From Tubiluchus corallicola (taxonomy: Eukaryota; Animalia; Priapulida), in NCBI GenBank assembly GCA_030141605.1, contig JAQGDQ010000263.1, positions 206,511 through 270,510 of the forward strand: a DNA stretch of 64,000 bases. Reading direction: 5' to 3'. Each line of letters begins with the position of its first letter. Position 1 is the first letter of the stretch. Positions 15,239 to 29,740 of the stretch are shown here, piece after piece. Below the pieces are notes generated by a model that was not told the DNA's origin, did not search any database, and saw nothing but the letters and a program-made list of their open reading frames with translations. A program made the position numbers and the translations under genes.

Positions 15239-16410
15239 TAACAGTAGTAACAAATAAAATTGCTACCACTTGCTCAAGCAATTAATATCATTCAGAGGAA
15301 ATCCTAGCAATAAAATCAAATTAAATTTCACAATTTTTTTCGTATTAACTGTGAAATACAAACGTAGCAATGCAAACAAAATTGGCCCCCAAAGTTGACA
15401 CTAAAAGAAATTTAATGTCCCTGTTTATCCGTCCTATACGGCCTGCTCATTCAAATGATAGAAACTGAATTGAGAAAATTCATTTGGATGATCTTGAAAA
15501 TATCGCATTTCTACGCAACCATGACAGTGGAGAATGGAAACTTCAATAAAGCAGAAAGTAAACCAGCTTTTCTTAACATAAAATTGTAGATTCTTGTTTA
15601 AGCGTCTTAGGAATTTACGATTTTAATGACCTCGATTGGAAAGGCGAAAAAACACACTTACTTCACAAACACACAGCCAACCACACTCAACCGACAAACG
15701 AACAAATAACCAGCTGACCAACCAATCAAAAGCCCAACAAACAAACGAATTAACCAACTAGATGAGCAATCAAAGAACCTGCCAACCAACCAACTAGCCA
15801 ATTAACCAACCAGCCAACCCAACAAGCAAACCAGCTCATCAACTAGCAAACAAACTAACAAACAAACTCACCAATCCACAAACCAACCAACCAAGCACCA
15901 ATCTTCAAGCATTTGACCGACTGATCAGCCACCTACTGAACAGCTGTCCAGTCAGCCAACCAGCTAGTTCAAAGCTACTTTAGATGCACGTGAAAAAAAT
16001 CAAAAAGTCACGAGGTAAAAAGGGCGAGTTTCATTAACATAATTACCTGTTCAAGTACCTGAAACATTTCAACAGAAAGTGTGTAAAACCTCTAAATTGC
16101 TTGTAGACAAAAAGACGCTATAGAAATGTAACGAAAGGTAAAAGATTTGGGGGGGTAATTTATTGCACTGTTACCTTGTCATTTGCGGTCAAGTTTTTTT
16201 TTAAATGTGTTAAAGTCTTATTCTAAGCGAAACCAATAATCAAGTCGAATCAGTTACAATAAATAAGAAACGTGTGGGCTCTGAACTCAATAAGATTCAG
16301 CTATCAAAACTTTCACGACTAACCAAGCGAATAGGTAAGGAGAATCAGTTACAAGCTTACAACAAGTAGAAATCTGTATGTTCTGAAAGTCTCTTAGTGT
16401 TTGGATGGTA

Positions 16411-16955
16411 AGGGAAAACCGGACGATTGTTTAGACTCAATCTCATTTTAATTTACTGTCCAAAATATACATGTTCTTACCTATAAAAGTTAACAATTGT
16501 TCCTTATATTTGAATAATTAGCCTTAGAAAGTTAGTTAACGGCAACCGAGCACAGCTATTGCTTACGTCAGAAACTAACCACAGTTTGTGCAATGGCAGG
16601 CATCTTACCTTGCGCGCCAAGCACATAGGTGTTACAGTGCTATTTAAACGCATGATGTCACGAAAAATTGGCTCTACATCATATGACGTCAGAAACTAAC
16701 ACAACAGTTCATGATCATGGTTATCACGGTACTGCCTTCTATTTGTCGGCCACGCGCACGTGACAAAAAAGCGCCTCTGCCAGTCTTAGTCGATTCACTG
16801 AGCCGCGTGTAGCTTTGAAAGTTTAACGAAATTTGAGTATCCGAGGTAATTATTATTTAATCTAAGCTTTGATATAAAAAAATCTATTGTAGTTTTCAAT
16901 ATTTTAGAGCATTCTTTATTCTGAAGTAATGTTTACACAATCATCCGGTTTTCCT
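16411..16955 (+). mobile_element. Kolobok-like MITE, family 1 copy A
   Basis: About 545 bp; termini aggg(a)aaaccggacgattgt ... acaatcatccggttttcct|ttaa; colinear with three other copies. Confidence 0.8.
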
Positions 16956-17739
16956 TTAAAAGTTTTAAAACTATTTAAAGACATATCCGAGAAGAATGAA
17001 GTACAGTAAAATAGAAGTCTGTACCTTCTGAAAATCTATTTGACTAATGTCAAAAGTCCCATGACTAGCGAAAACAATAGTTAGGAGAACGTAAATAAAA
17101 TGAGTTGAATCGATTTACACATTACAAGCTTTCCCGCATTTCTCACAAACTGACAGATCGTTTACCGCCGAAAGTGGTACTGACAAGCCACTAGCATAGC
17201 AGTGTCTAGCTTTTTGCTGGATTACTGCTGCGTTTACCTGTCTGAAGGCAGATTTCTTTTATTTTAGAATTCTGCCTGCCCAATGTCTACAATAGACGTG
17301 ACGGGCGTATGATGATGATGATGATGATAACCGCCGAAACTTTTTCGACATTACCCTAGTCATTTTTATTAAACAATGAAGAGTAAAAGATAATTTAAAT
17401 AAGTAATAGAAAATAACGAAATAAATTAGACATGATAGCTACCAAAAATACGAAAATATTTTTCCTAGCATAGGGGATTGAAATTGTTTTCTTTCACTTC
17501 TTGGTTTCAAAATTTGTTGTTATCAATTATTTCTCTGTTACGTCAGCTGAAGATAAAAATGTTTCTAAACTCATAAATAAAGCAGTAAAGACTGTTGCTA
17601 TTGTTATGCATGAAAAACGTTTGTTTGTTTCTTTACAGCTCTACGAAAATATTTGCGATTATTTTATTGCACAAAACACAATTACACAAATTACAGATTA
17701 TACGATTACACAACAAAGTAGATCGTTGGTGTATGTGTA

Positions 17740-18460
17740 GTGTGCTGCATTTTGTGCATTGTTCATAATTTTAAACATTGTTGTTTGAACAATGTAGAGG
17801 ATGAATTTCATGTAATTATTGAATGTCCACTGTACGCTCATGTTAGAGAGGAATGTTCTGTATTATTTCAGATTTCTGTCCTGAGTGTCCACTGTACGCT
17901 CATGTAAGAGAGGAATGTTTTTGTATTATTTCAGATCTCTGTCCTGAGTGTCCACTGTACGCTCATGTTAGAGAGGAATGTTCTGTATTCTTTCAGATTT
18001 CTGTCCTGAGTGTCCACTGTACGCTCATGTAAGAGAGGAATGTTTTTGTATTCTTTCAGATCTCTGTCCTGAGTGTCCACTGTACGCTCATGTTAGAGAG
18101 GAATGTTCTGTATTCTTTCAGATTTCTGTCCTGAGTGTTCACTGTACGATCATGTAAGAGTGGAATGTTTTTGTATTCTTTCTGATTTTTGTCCTGACTT
18201 TCATTATATGTCTCCTAATAAGCAGTTCGTGTTTTTAAATGCGTCACAAGATGTAGAAGTTATTAAAATTAATGCTAGATTGGTCCACAAAATATTTGAA
18301 GATAAGCCCGACTGAGATAACTTACTGCAAGCTTGACTGACTGACTAACTGTAATAATATTGAGTTCATGATATGTATGTATGTATGTTGCTCTGTTTAT
18401 GTCTATTGTATGTGTTTTTTGTGCTTGAACTAGTATACCACATAAATGTTGTTTCATTGC
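17740..18460 (+). mobile_element. LINE 3' fragment (zinc-knuckle region) containing an internal tandem array
   Basis: CCLNNVEDEFHVIIECPLYAHVREE motif, followed by six 62-bp repeats. Confidence 0.65.
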
Positions 18461-19455
18461 TTTAACGTAGAATGTTTTTCTAAGTCTCGTTTTTCTTTAT
18501 CTCTTCTAATTTGCTTAATGGTTTAATGAATAAATAAATAAATAAACAAACAAACAAATAAATAAATAAATTTATACACTTTTTATGCGTGTATTTAATC
18601 GGTATGCTGTAACCGGTGCAATTAAACCAAAATCCATGCACTTTAAGCACGGATTGAAATCTGGCAGAAAAGCTAAAAAGTGAAATCTAATAAACACTGT
18701 ATCAATTCACAAATTGTAGCTATGACAAGCCTGAATTTACAAAACCTACAGAAAAAGAAACGCTCTTCCAACATCTATTTCACCTAATTACCTAGTTACA
18801 TTGATACTTGAAAAAAAACACACACACAGCGTTTTGGTTTAAAAACGTTAATACAGGATTGGTTTTAGCAATGTGGGGAATTTCACTAATACCCAATTAC
18901 TAGCATCGCTTCATCTCACATACAAGTAGACCACAGTTCCAGATTAGTCTAAAGGGCAACTCTAAAAACAAGTATCTATGTTTCGAGCAGGTGGTAACGC
19001 GTTTAGTCGAAGGTCTAAGAAAAACAACAATGTTTCATTATTGTGCAAAACCTATCAAAAGTAATCATTTCAACCATTATAAGCTTGGTCGTAACGCTTA
19101 AGCTAAAATTAGTTGGAATTTGGAAAAGAACGCCAAAGAAGTATACATGCTGTTCCAGTTTTATGCGTTATTGACTTTTTGGAGTTCAATACTCTTTCTT
19201 CTTTTTCTTTGTTCGAAACGTTTAGTTTGTCCTTAATTTGCACACAATGCAGAAATTTCACGACGCAGCTGCAACTGCCGCTGTTACGGGGAAAAGAGAA
19301 ATTGTGTTCAAAATTCAATGGCGTTTATTTTTGCAGACATCGGAAATTTTACTTGTTCGACTTTCTTTTAACAGAAACGCATAAAAAGAAGCTGCTGACT
19401 CCATTCTAATAATTTATTCTATTATAAATTTGCATATAGCCTTATACTATTTACG

Positions 19456-19467
19456 TAGTAGTAGTAC

Positions 19468-19545
<78 letters not shown>

Positions 19546-19676
19546 CAGTAGCAGTAGCAGTAGCAGTAGCAGTAGCAGTAGCAGTAGCAGTAGCAGTAGC
19601 AGTAGTAGTAGTAGTAGCAGCAGCAGCACCAACACCACCCACCACCACCACCACCACCACCAACAGCAGCAGCAGT
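19456..19676. repeat. Compound (TAG)n/(TAGCAG)n/(CAC)n microsatellite
   Basis: Direct reading. Confidence 0.95.
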
Positions 19677-20278
19677 ATATTTACTCAGAAGTGTACGTAC
19701 GTGCTGTACTTTTTGATTACTTAAAATTTTTGTGAAACCAAGATAAATTCCTTGCGAAGAGTTTCTTTCTTAAATTCTAGCAAATACATTTAGAAATGTG
19801 TAAAAACGAACATTTTGTAGTTTTTCGGTCACACAGTAGAATCTTAAAATTACCTATAAAGGCAAATGCTTAACTACGTACACAAATTCTGCACATTCTG
19901 TTTGCTTAACAGACAGTCTGCTAACAGGAGTCCTTTCAACTCAAAAATTTACAAGAGAATGAGAAACCTTGAAAGAAAAACAGAAACGTGCTAAAATTGC
20001 CAGCAAAAAAAAACGCACGAAGAAAACGATTCGTTCTGCCTTCGCAAAAAATCAATAAATATCAGTTACGATAAAATTATAACAAGTTCCAATGATCGTA
20101 TTAAATATTTTGCTTTTTCCTTGGCAACTCTGTCTAAACAGTCAATTTATTAAAGACAGTGCGAGGTCATATTCTACCCCGCATCACCAGTTAAGCAGAT
20201 TTTTCATTAATATCAAGGTAAACAGAAAAACCATGTACTAACTTTGAAGAAATTTGTCTACCTGACACAGCTCATTAA

Positions 20279-20880
20279 AAGAAGACAGGATGATTTTTCA
20301 TTCACTGTTTCATTTTCAAGTAAGGTAAAAAAATATAGATTTTAACACCAAGAATACTGCAACAGTGTTTCTGATAATTAAATAATAGGTTAAAATCTCA
20401 ATGAACGGCGGGCGAGCCCAACTATTGTTGACATCACAAACTAACATAATTTTCAACAGCAAAAATATTCCACGAACGAGCGTGTTGCACGTGTTTGCGA
20501 AAGTTGAAGTACAGTGCTACCGTAAGATATTCAGTGTGTTGTACTAAAACTCGGCACGTTTTAAGATAAAAATTGAAATTTCAAATTTTCCGCTCTGCTC
20601 AGGATCATAAATGCATAAGCTGTCTAACGTGTGCATACGTCACAAACGAACACCTGTGAACTGAGAGGTACAGCATCTGTTTTAGTGCAACGTGTTTCGG
20701 AAATCCAGGCTCTGATACCCGTCTATCGAATAGCGAAATGCATGTAACAGCGAAGAACTAGTGGCGCAAACGAGAAATTTTGTTTGCGTGGTAATAATTC
20801 TTTCACCTAAGTCATTTTTGAAAAAAATAGTATGTTTTCTCTCAATATTTTAAAGAGTAGATTATTTTGATCTATGTGCT
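20279..20880 (+). mobile_element. Kolobok-like MITE, family 2 (related copies near 30283-30879 and inverted at 62626-62949)
   Basis: Shared internal blocks (ggttaaaatctcaatgaacggcgggcgagcc..., gtcacaaacgaaca...) and family-1-like termini next to TTAA. Confidence 0.7.
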
Positions 20881-21379
20881 GAAACTCACATGATGCTTAA
20901 CTAGAACATTTGAAATTCCTCTGAATCAACAAATATACACCATTCAGTATGAAAGTGAAAGAGGCAGAAAAGTCAGGAGAAGTCTTGAGGCCACTGTAAT
21001 TAAGCTTTCAAAGGTAAAATTACACTCTTCTTAAACTACACCATTTAGAGTGGGGATGAATTAGAAAGTTGAAGAAATGACCGGTTTGGAGTTTTTTGTG
21101 TTGAGCAAGAGACGCTTTTGCCTGCAGCGTAGAATGAGGTCAGTAGGTACTTGAGCGTAATGAAGAAGAAGAATACTTTTTCTGTCTCTTGGGTTTACTT
21201 CACTTGACAGAAGCTGTTCCACTTACTACTGCCACCCCACTTTCAATTTGCTTAAAACAATAGCGTCAGTAAGCACTTTGGAAATATTCGCGAATTGTTA
21301 AGATTGAGGAATATAGATCTTTAAGTAATATTAATATAATAAATTATTATAATTTATTAGAATTTATCATAATAATATA

Positions 21380-21604
21380 ATAAACTCGTTTTGGACATAA
21401 TCCAGGGTAAAACCTTAAATAACTCAATACTTATTTGCAAGGTGATAGAGATTATGATTACCCGCATGTTAGTTCGATACACCGGCGTACTTGGTCGAAA
21501 AAGCAACGGTGCCACGTTTTAAGTCTTTGGAATTACGCGATCGGGAGTTGAACCCGCGACCTACAGGGTGGGAAACGCTTACGCTACCACTGAGCTACGG
21601 CACC
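21380..21604 (-). mobile_element. tRNA-derived SINE
   Basis: Minus strand has an A box (gtagctcagtggtag) and B box (ggttcaactcc), followed by ccaaagacttaaaa. That core is shared with the copy at 63.7 kb and resembles, from memory, the MetaSINE core. Confidence 0.7.
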
Positions 21605-24600
21605 CAGTCAGAGTGTGGGTTTAATGATCCATGTCTTTGATACCAATAATGTTTCATATTTCGAGCAAAATTTGGATTCAATAGTTTAATAAATACTCTT
21701 AAATAAATAATTAATAATAATTAGCAGATTCATTAAATGATTTTGTCACTAATTTTATTTAGCTCAGTAACAAGGCTAATTACATTCATGCAGTCCTGGT
21801 GGTGTACATTTGTGAGCAAAATAATTCCAAGTTCCAGAATATTAGTTAACATTTTTTACGTAAGAATGTTCAAGAACGGACGGCTTTGCTTTGCCAAAAC
21901 GTCACGTGACAGTTGCAGTTAAGACGCATTGTTGCGGTGCACCTAACCGTTGACCTGCAGCAACTGCGCGTGCGCACCACGAAACTGTGAAAAGGCTCAC
22001 TGTAGTAAAAGGCGATAAAACAGGCGTATGGTTGTGATAAACAATTTTTATAAATTTGGATGTGTTATAATTATTCTTGAAGCATTTTCTTTATTTTAGG
22101 GAAAGGGGAGAGAGCCGCATGATCACGATTAACAAATCTTACAAATTTTAATGATGCTCGTGATTATTCCATTTTTTTTATATTTTAGGGGGAGGCGAGA
22201 AAGTGCATGTAAAAGCCGAAGTGAAATAAAATGCGATGTTCATATCTGAACTGCAACTGTAACTATGTCAGCAGTAGCAGCAGTTCAATGCACGTAAAAC
22301 AGTATGTACGTGAAAGTGTCAATAGAACGACAACTCTCTGTTTTCGATAATGCCCGCAAAGACAGCAATCTTGTTGCATGAAAGGTGCATCACTGAAGCG
22401 AAGTAAGGAGGATATTTATACAAGTTGTACAACAAGTCTAAAGCAAACACGCTTTATTAAATAATCAGAAAATCGAAAGTGTGTTTCGTGCGCAATGAAC
22501 AAAAATCTCATGACAAGTTGTGAAAAGGGCAGATTCATGTTAATAGAAACAGCTGCAATTAAACAGCGGGTTGTTACCCTTTTGAGATGAAGCGTAATCT
22601 CAAATTGAGGCATAATCTTTGTGTATGCATCTTTAACGTCAAGACTAATTAGAAGTAATAATGTTTATAAACTAAGGTGAATAGCCACTTCTTACAATGG
22701 AGTTAAGACCTCATAAATTCCTCTTAAATTTTCTAACGAGCTATCCTATATCACGATGTCATGAGTATTACAATTGTTGGCATCAAATTAAAATGAAAAT
22801 TACGCAAAAATAACGCAACTTAATTCTCGTCGTTCAAATGGCAGCATGTGCCATGTGGTATGCGGAACCCAATAAACCTATTCAGATTGTCGAGTATAAT
22901 AAATTGCAACGAACTAAGTGAGATTAAAATCACTGAAAGTCACAATTTCGTTTCATTTCAATTAATTCTCGTTCACAAAATAGAGAATGAAAACCAGTGA
23001 GAACTTTACACGACATTCAAAACAGACAAAAGTTGGTAGGACGATTGCCATCTGTAACAATGAATGTAACAATGTAACAACTAACAATGGATGTCAATCA
23101 TTTGCCCGATTTGATCATCGCAAAATCGAAAATTTTCTTTGAGACAAAATGTACGAGGCAATATTCAGACTGGTTGACTTAGGAAGTTTTACACTGTGCA
23201 CACTTTCTCAAGACATTTTCGAACAATTGTTGTTTGTTATGTTCGTGGGAGACTGAACTCTTAACTTGCGCAGTCCTTTTGAAAAAAAGTGCAATTAACT
23301 TGCCCCCGTTATTTCCAATTTATGCAACTACTAGTCTCGTACGCAAATAACGAAAAACTGCACAATTTTTAAAATAATTAAAGGACAAGAAAAGGGGTAG
23401 CTGAAAAATCTCCTTTAAAAATTATATTACTTCATAGCATTTTTATGCGTATATCGTACTCGCGTTGAAAGGATTTTTGGTTTGTTTTCATTTTTAATCT
23501 CTCACAATACTATTCCGACCGTGACATTACATGACGTCATATACGCAGACGTAAATCAACGGAAGAAAAGGAAATGTTAAATTTAAACTATGTTACAAAA
23601 AACTTCCCGTACAAAATTATATTACTTGGCATTTCGTTCACCTACTTGAAAGACTCATGTAACTAGAAAAGAAAATTATTAATTATTTAAAATGTTTTCA
23701 CCAATTGGTAAAATGTCACTGACTCACCTCCAGGGTGCACCACTTACTAACTAAAAAACGTATTTTTAATCTTATTGACAAGATACGGTAATTTAAAATT
23801 TTACTATGTGACGTGCGCGCTACGAATGCTCTGATTATTTTTTCAAACTTTACTCAGTGTTATCTAAACTTGTTTTAAATCGTTAAATGGCTGCGTCTAA
23901 CGTTCATCGTGAGAGTTTAAATTTACATGTTTTACACAGCGTTACTGTCGACGCAAGCCATACATGCAAAAAGGCAGTACTTAAGTGGTCTAAAATTTCA
24001 AGAAGAATTTTCTAAACTTTATGTAAGTGGAGCGTTTTCTTGTAATTAACAGGACAACAAGACAGGATTCTTAGATAAAGCTAAAGTATTGTCTTGAAAC
24101 ATTAGCAGTAACGTTTCATAAAACTTGCGAATATAAACTGCCACTCAGACAGTTATAAGTGCAGCTATTTTAAATGGTCAGACGTTTTTAATGACCAGAT
24201 GCATTTGCCCAGAACAGTGTATGTTTTTTATGTGAACTAACACTGATTGTCTGTCTTTTATTATGATGGTCAATGTTTTTAAAATGGCAAATAAAGAGTT
24301 TACGACTACTACTACTAATACTATGTCGCGTAAGAAATTTACGTCGCTAAAAGAAAGCTTGGGCAATTTTACGTAAATTTCGGAAAAATAATCAGAGCAT
24401 TTGTAGTACATACTTCACTAACTAAGCAAAAGTAGAAATTATTTTATCTCGTTAATAAGATTAATATGTCTTTTGATAAGTCAGTAACGTTTCTGCGGTT
24501 GGACGCGAACATTTTAAATTAGAATTTCCAATTTTTTCAATTCAATTAATTTATTCCGCAAAATACACGCACTGTACAATACAATCAAAATTCAATACAT

Positions 24601-24760
24601 ATACGATAACGTTAATACAATTAACATTACAAATTAAACATGGCGCTGAAACCAAGAGCAAGGCCATCAGAAGGAGACCAATTTTCTTTTCTTCACACTT
24701 CCTTCTTAATATGAAAAGTTCTTCGGGACATCTTTAAAAATCTGTTTTCTTACTCTTTAA

Positions 24761-25310
24761 AGGGAGACCGGACGATTGTTTAGACTCAATCTCATTTTAA
24801 TTTACTGTCCAAAATATACATTTTCTTGCCTATAAAAATTAACAATTGTTCCTTATGTTTGAATAATTAGCTTAGAAAGTTGATTAACGGCAACCGAATA
24901 CAGCTACTTGCTTACGTCAGAAACTAACAACAGTTTGTGCAATGGCGGGCGTTTTCCCTTGCACATCAAGCACATTTGCATAAGTGTTACAGTACCTATT
25001 AAACGTGTGATGTCACGAAAAATGGGCTTTACGTCATATGACGTCAGAAACTAACACAGCAGTTCATGATCATGGTTATCACGGTACCGCCTTCTATTGG
25101 ACGCCTAGGCGAATGTGACAAAAAGGCGCCATTGCAAATCGTATTAGATTCACTGAGCCGTGCGTAGCTTTGAAAGTTTAACGAAATTTGAATATCCGCT
25201 GTAATTATTATTTAATCTAAGCTCTGATTTAAAATAAGTTATTATAGTTTTCAATATTTTAGAGCATTCTTTATTCTGAACTAATGTTTACACAATCACC
25301 CGGTTTTCCT
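24761..25310 (+). mobile_element. Kolobok-like MITE, family 1 copy B
   Basis: TTAA on both sides, AG...CT termini, imperfect terminal inverted repeats. Confidence 0.85.
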
Positions 25311-26917
25311 TTAATGCTATAAGTTTTTCACTAAAATTTTATTCACTTTTTATTTCAATGTAAATACATGTAATTAGGTTAATTGAAATTAAATTGTGCA
25401 TTTTATAGCCATTTTAAACTGAATTAGTTTTTAGCCGCTACGTGAAACATCGTGTACAATTAACAGATGATGAAATAAATTTTTACCTAAATTTTTTTAT
25501 AAATAATTACTAGATACATTGAAGTATTTTATCTTTTTTCATTGTGATCTCTATGTACTTTGTAATCGACAATAATTGAACAACATTCATTGCCAGGTGT
25601 GAAAATTCACCTAACTTTAGATTTGCCATTGAATTCAGTAATTTACAAACTGTTGCTGTTGTCTCCACTGGCACTGCTGTTGATGATGATCGTGACGACA
25701 TCGATGCAATAATAATGTCAGTGACGATGCTAACGATAATGACGGTGATGGTGACAACAATGACGATGATATCGATCATGAAGATGATGAGAGTGATGAT
25801 GATGAGGACGACGACCACGACGACGATGATGACGACGACAACGATGATAATGATGATGACGACGACGAGACTATGACAACGATGCATAATAACTTAGAGA
25901 AACCTAAAGATGAACTGTTTTTAAGAAGACAAAGGAAGACTAAGTACTTCTGATAATATAAGCTCATTTGAAAAGCTTACCTTCTGTAGAAAAAGTCTTT
26001 GTTCGTCGCAAAGGTTGATTATGGGATCTAATAGCGTGCACACGTCCTGTTCACTAAGACTGCTGGCTTTTCTATAAGTAAAGTAAAGAAGTAATTGTAC
26101 AAATTTAGCCTTTATAACCGTCTCAGCAACTATTGTCCCACTAATTTTAGGAAGTATTAATTTATTGTATACGTTTTACTGAAGTCATTGTACTGTACAC
26201 AACGACAGTAAACATTGTTTAATAAATATGCTAAAACAACTTTGTGCATACTAGAATCAACAGTATCAGTGTGTGAATAAATTAAGGATTAATTTAAGAA
26301 AGGCTTGTCCATACCGTAATGTTAATTGCACACTTTGTAAATTATTGACCATTGAGACGTGTGAATGCGCAGCTATGATGCAGATCCAAAAACGGTACAT
26401 TGCATGTGAGCCGGATATCCGTTTCTAGTTTTTACTGGAAGATTGATTCCAGGTTCAATGAGGTAGTCTGTATTGTCAGTATCTACCAACCCAGTACTTC
26501 AATATTTTAAACTGAACTAAACTATATGACGTGTGACCATTTCTAAAGTGCTTATAATGTGGCGTGCTGCGTTCCATTTACAAGAGTTGCTTTAGTATTA
26601 TAGTGCTCACTGATTTTTGTAATAAATAAATAAATATCATTCTTTTAGATATAATTTAATGTTTTTTTTACTAAATTCTAGATTGTTTATTACTTTTTAT
26701 ATTCCAAATTGTCAGTCATTCTTTTAGACACAAGCCTTTCGTAGTTTCGTTGTGCGCATGCGCTGGAACTATAGAAAGGCTTATAGCTCAGTATAGTTTG
26801 GCACATTGTTTTGGCAATAATTAACAGACAATCGGTATAACTCACATAAGCCTAATAAACGATATTTGTTTTATTTAATACGGTGTAGCATGTATGGATT
26901 TAACGATGTTAGTTTAA

Positions 26918-27459
26918 AGGAAAACCGGATGATTGTGTAAACATGAGTTCAGAATATAGAGTGCTCTAAAATATTGAAAACTACAATAGCTTATTTTAAA
27001 TCAAAGCTTAGATTAAATAATAATTACCCCGGACTCAAATTTCGTTAAACTTTCAAAGCTATGTGCGGCTCAGTGAATCTACTGAGACTGGCAGCGGAGC
27101 CTTTTTGTCACGTTCGCGCGGTCGACAAATAGAAGGCGGTAAGGTGATAAGCGTGATCATGAACTGCTGTGTTAGTTTCTGACATCATATGATCTACAGC
27201 CCATTTTTCGTGACATTATGCGTTTAAGTAGTAACACTTATGCAAATGTGCTTGACGCGCAAGGGAAGACGCCTGCCATTGCACAAACTGTGGTTAGTTT
27301 CTGACGTAAGCAATAGCTGTGTTCGGGTGCCGTTAAATAACTTTCTAAGCTAATTATTCAAATATAAGGAACAATTGCTAAGTTTTATAGGCAAGAAAAT
27401 GTATATTCTGGACAGTAAATTAAAATGAGATTGAGTCTAAACAATCGTCCGGTCTTCCT
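26918..27459 (-). mobile_element. Kolobok-like MITE, family 1 copy C (inverted)
   Basis: Reverse complement of copy B; TTAA on both sides. Confidence 0.85.
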
Positions 27460-27499
27460 TTAATACAGGGCAAGTATTCGCCAGAATGTGAATGTCTTA

Positions 27500-27830
27500 C
27501 GTCATACCGGTCCAAAGTCATTGGAGTTAAGAAATCAAGATCCGAAGATTAAGATGGCTAGGATATCTTCTAAAATTATCAAATGAAGTACCAGTAAGAA
27601 TCGCTTTAAAGGAAGCTTTAGAACCTTGCAAAAAACCACCTGGTAAACCAAAAACAACTTGGATAGCTAAGATAAATAGAGACGTTCAACAGCTTCAACC
27701 AAATCTATCTCTAGGAGTAGAAGAACTCGCGGTGTTAGCAGCAGATAGAAGTGGGTGGAATACTCTGATAAATCCTGATACCTCAATGCCTACTATAGGT
27801 GGAATGAGATTTTGAAGAAGAAAAAGAAAA
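27500..27830 (+). mobile_element. RTE-clade LINE 3' fragment
   Basis: RRLRWLGYLLKL...KKPPGKPKTTWIAKINRD...LAADRSGW, followed by a short gaa-rich tail. Confidence 0.8.
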
Positions 27831-28289
27831 CGAGCGGTGCTGCGTAGCACGTATGCAGTATGGAATAGTTCATTCCCTTGTAAGTCATAAATACTGGCAA
27901 AGCCACGGAAGAGCAAATATTGACACAGTAGGCCTATATCTACATGAAATATCTCACATGGTTAAATATGACGATCATAAATTTCTTACACCTTTTGCAA
28001 CCAATATAACCAGCAAAAATTTTACAGTAGGCCTATGTACTCTCAGTCAGAGTATAAATGAAAGTACAAATATTGTGCTTGTAAGGTGAGCCGCAGTACA
28101 GGTGATAAAAATGGCCTAGAAGAAGACAGGTTTCCGTATGCAAAAATAGTAGTAGGCCTACAACATTAACAATATTTTCTCTACATGTTTCTTTCGGTTC
28201 AAAAATAAATTCACTTAAGTAGATACTATTTAAAGGGGCTAAAGTTAATACCCCCACACAAGAAATTAGTTTGTGAATCAGATTAGAGT

Positions 28290-28468
28290 TAGGATGAGGG
28301 TTAAGGTTAGGGTTAGGATTAGGGTTAGGTTTAGGATTAAGGTTAGGGTTAAGGTTCGGATTAGATTTAGGAGTAGAAGTAGGGTTAGGGTTAAGGTTAG
28401 GATTAGGATTAGGTTTAGGGTTAGGATTAGGTTTAGGGTTACGGTTAGGGTTAACGTTAGGGTTAGAG
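28290..28468 (+). repeat. Degenerate (TTAGGG)-like hexamer tract
   Basis: About 30 hexamers mixing ttaggg, ttagga, ttaagg and ttaggt. Confidence 0.9.
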
Positions 28469-29740
28469 TATTTAAAATGTGTGGGTAATTATATTCTCTT
28501 TCCCATAAAGGTTAAATGAAATTTGCCTAATCCCTTGGCTTTTCGAAACCGAGGCCTGTGACAGTTGCACAAGTTCACATTATTGGAATCACCAGACAGC
28601 ACTGACACCAATGTTCCGATACAATAAATTAACCAAAATATGCAAGTATTTCATTTACTATTACCTCCCAGAAATTTTACTGAGACGCTAGTTATACAAC
28701 ATTGTGACGGACACGTTTATGAACGTACGATCCATGGTTGGAGGAAGTGGTGTGCAGAATATGGAACTCCGATGGAGACACATGGAGTAGGCGTACGCTT
28801 TGGAATAGTGGAGACTTTTATCTACGCGCTGACAACCTGCGAACGTGTTGCAGTTGAAGCTAGAAAGAGCTTGGCAAGCTGGTAGCGTAAGTGGGTAGGA
28901 ACTAACACTTTTATTTCAGTATTGTAGTTTATTTGGTACTTGTTAAACATAATTGCTCTGCGAAATGTGTTGTTATACCTCAATAAATATGTTTTTTCAT
29001 TAGCTTAAACAAGTGGTAAAGACGATTTTTAAAACAACTGCTAGGCTATTAAGAACATCAGTGAAAGATTCTTGGGAGTTTAATAGTAAAGCAACGCTTG
29101 AAGTAATTTGAACTGTAATGATATCCAAAAGAACCAATCTCCGTATAGGTGTGCCCCCGTAGAGATACCTAGACCGTTTCAGACTACCCCACTCATGTGA
29201 ACGGGTACAGTGTGTAGACAGCCCCTTCGCATAAACATGACGAGAGTCCTAGACACCAATGGACGGCAGTTACATCAAACGGTAAAACGAAACTGAATTA
29301 CTAAATCAAAAATTACCCACATGTAGACTTGAACAATTTAGCAGAAACTACAGATGAACTGAACAAGTCAGACGTCACGTGACATGCAGACCTGAAGTGC
29401 AATGGCTTCTTAAGCGTAAAATCGTATAGTGAAAGAGCAACAAAAACGGGTAAATATTTAACAAGTAACGATATTTTTTACTCATTTCATTACTCATAAA
29501 ATAATTATTTCAAGGAATAACTTAAAATACTAGTGTAAATGAACGAGGATAAAACCCGAGGGCCCATAGAATCAGTTCCGTGTACTGCATCTATGCCTTA
29601 TAAACTTAGTTTTCATAAAACACACAAATGAAGTATTGTTTCAAAATCAGCTGTTTTAGAACATAACAATGCAGTCAAAGGCTCATACAATTAATCACAA
29701 TTACTATTCGGGAGTTAAAGCAAAGCGAGGTATCCTACGC

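Noticed and set aside
21530-21604. Functional tRNA gene
   Set aside because: A and B boxes are present, but the acceptor stem does not close and the sequence runs into a SINE core shared with the 63.7-kb copy.
28273-28488. True telomere or chromosome-fusion scar; RV-repeat ORF
   Set aside because: Short, highly degenerate and single-orientation, with no head-to-head junction; such gttagg tracts are common inside non-autonomous repeats.
28703-29010. Solo LTR
   Set aside because: Starts with TGT and has an AATAAA, but I found no matching terminus, target-site duplication or second copy.
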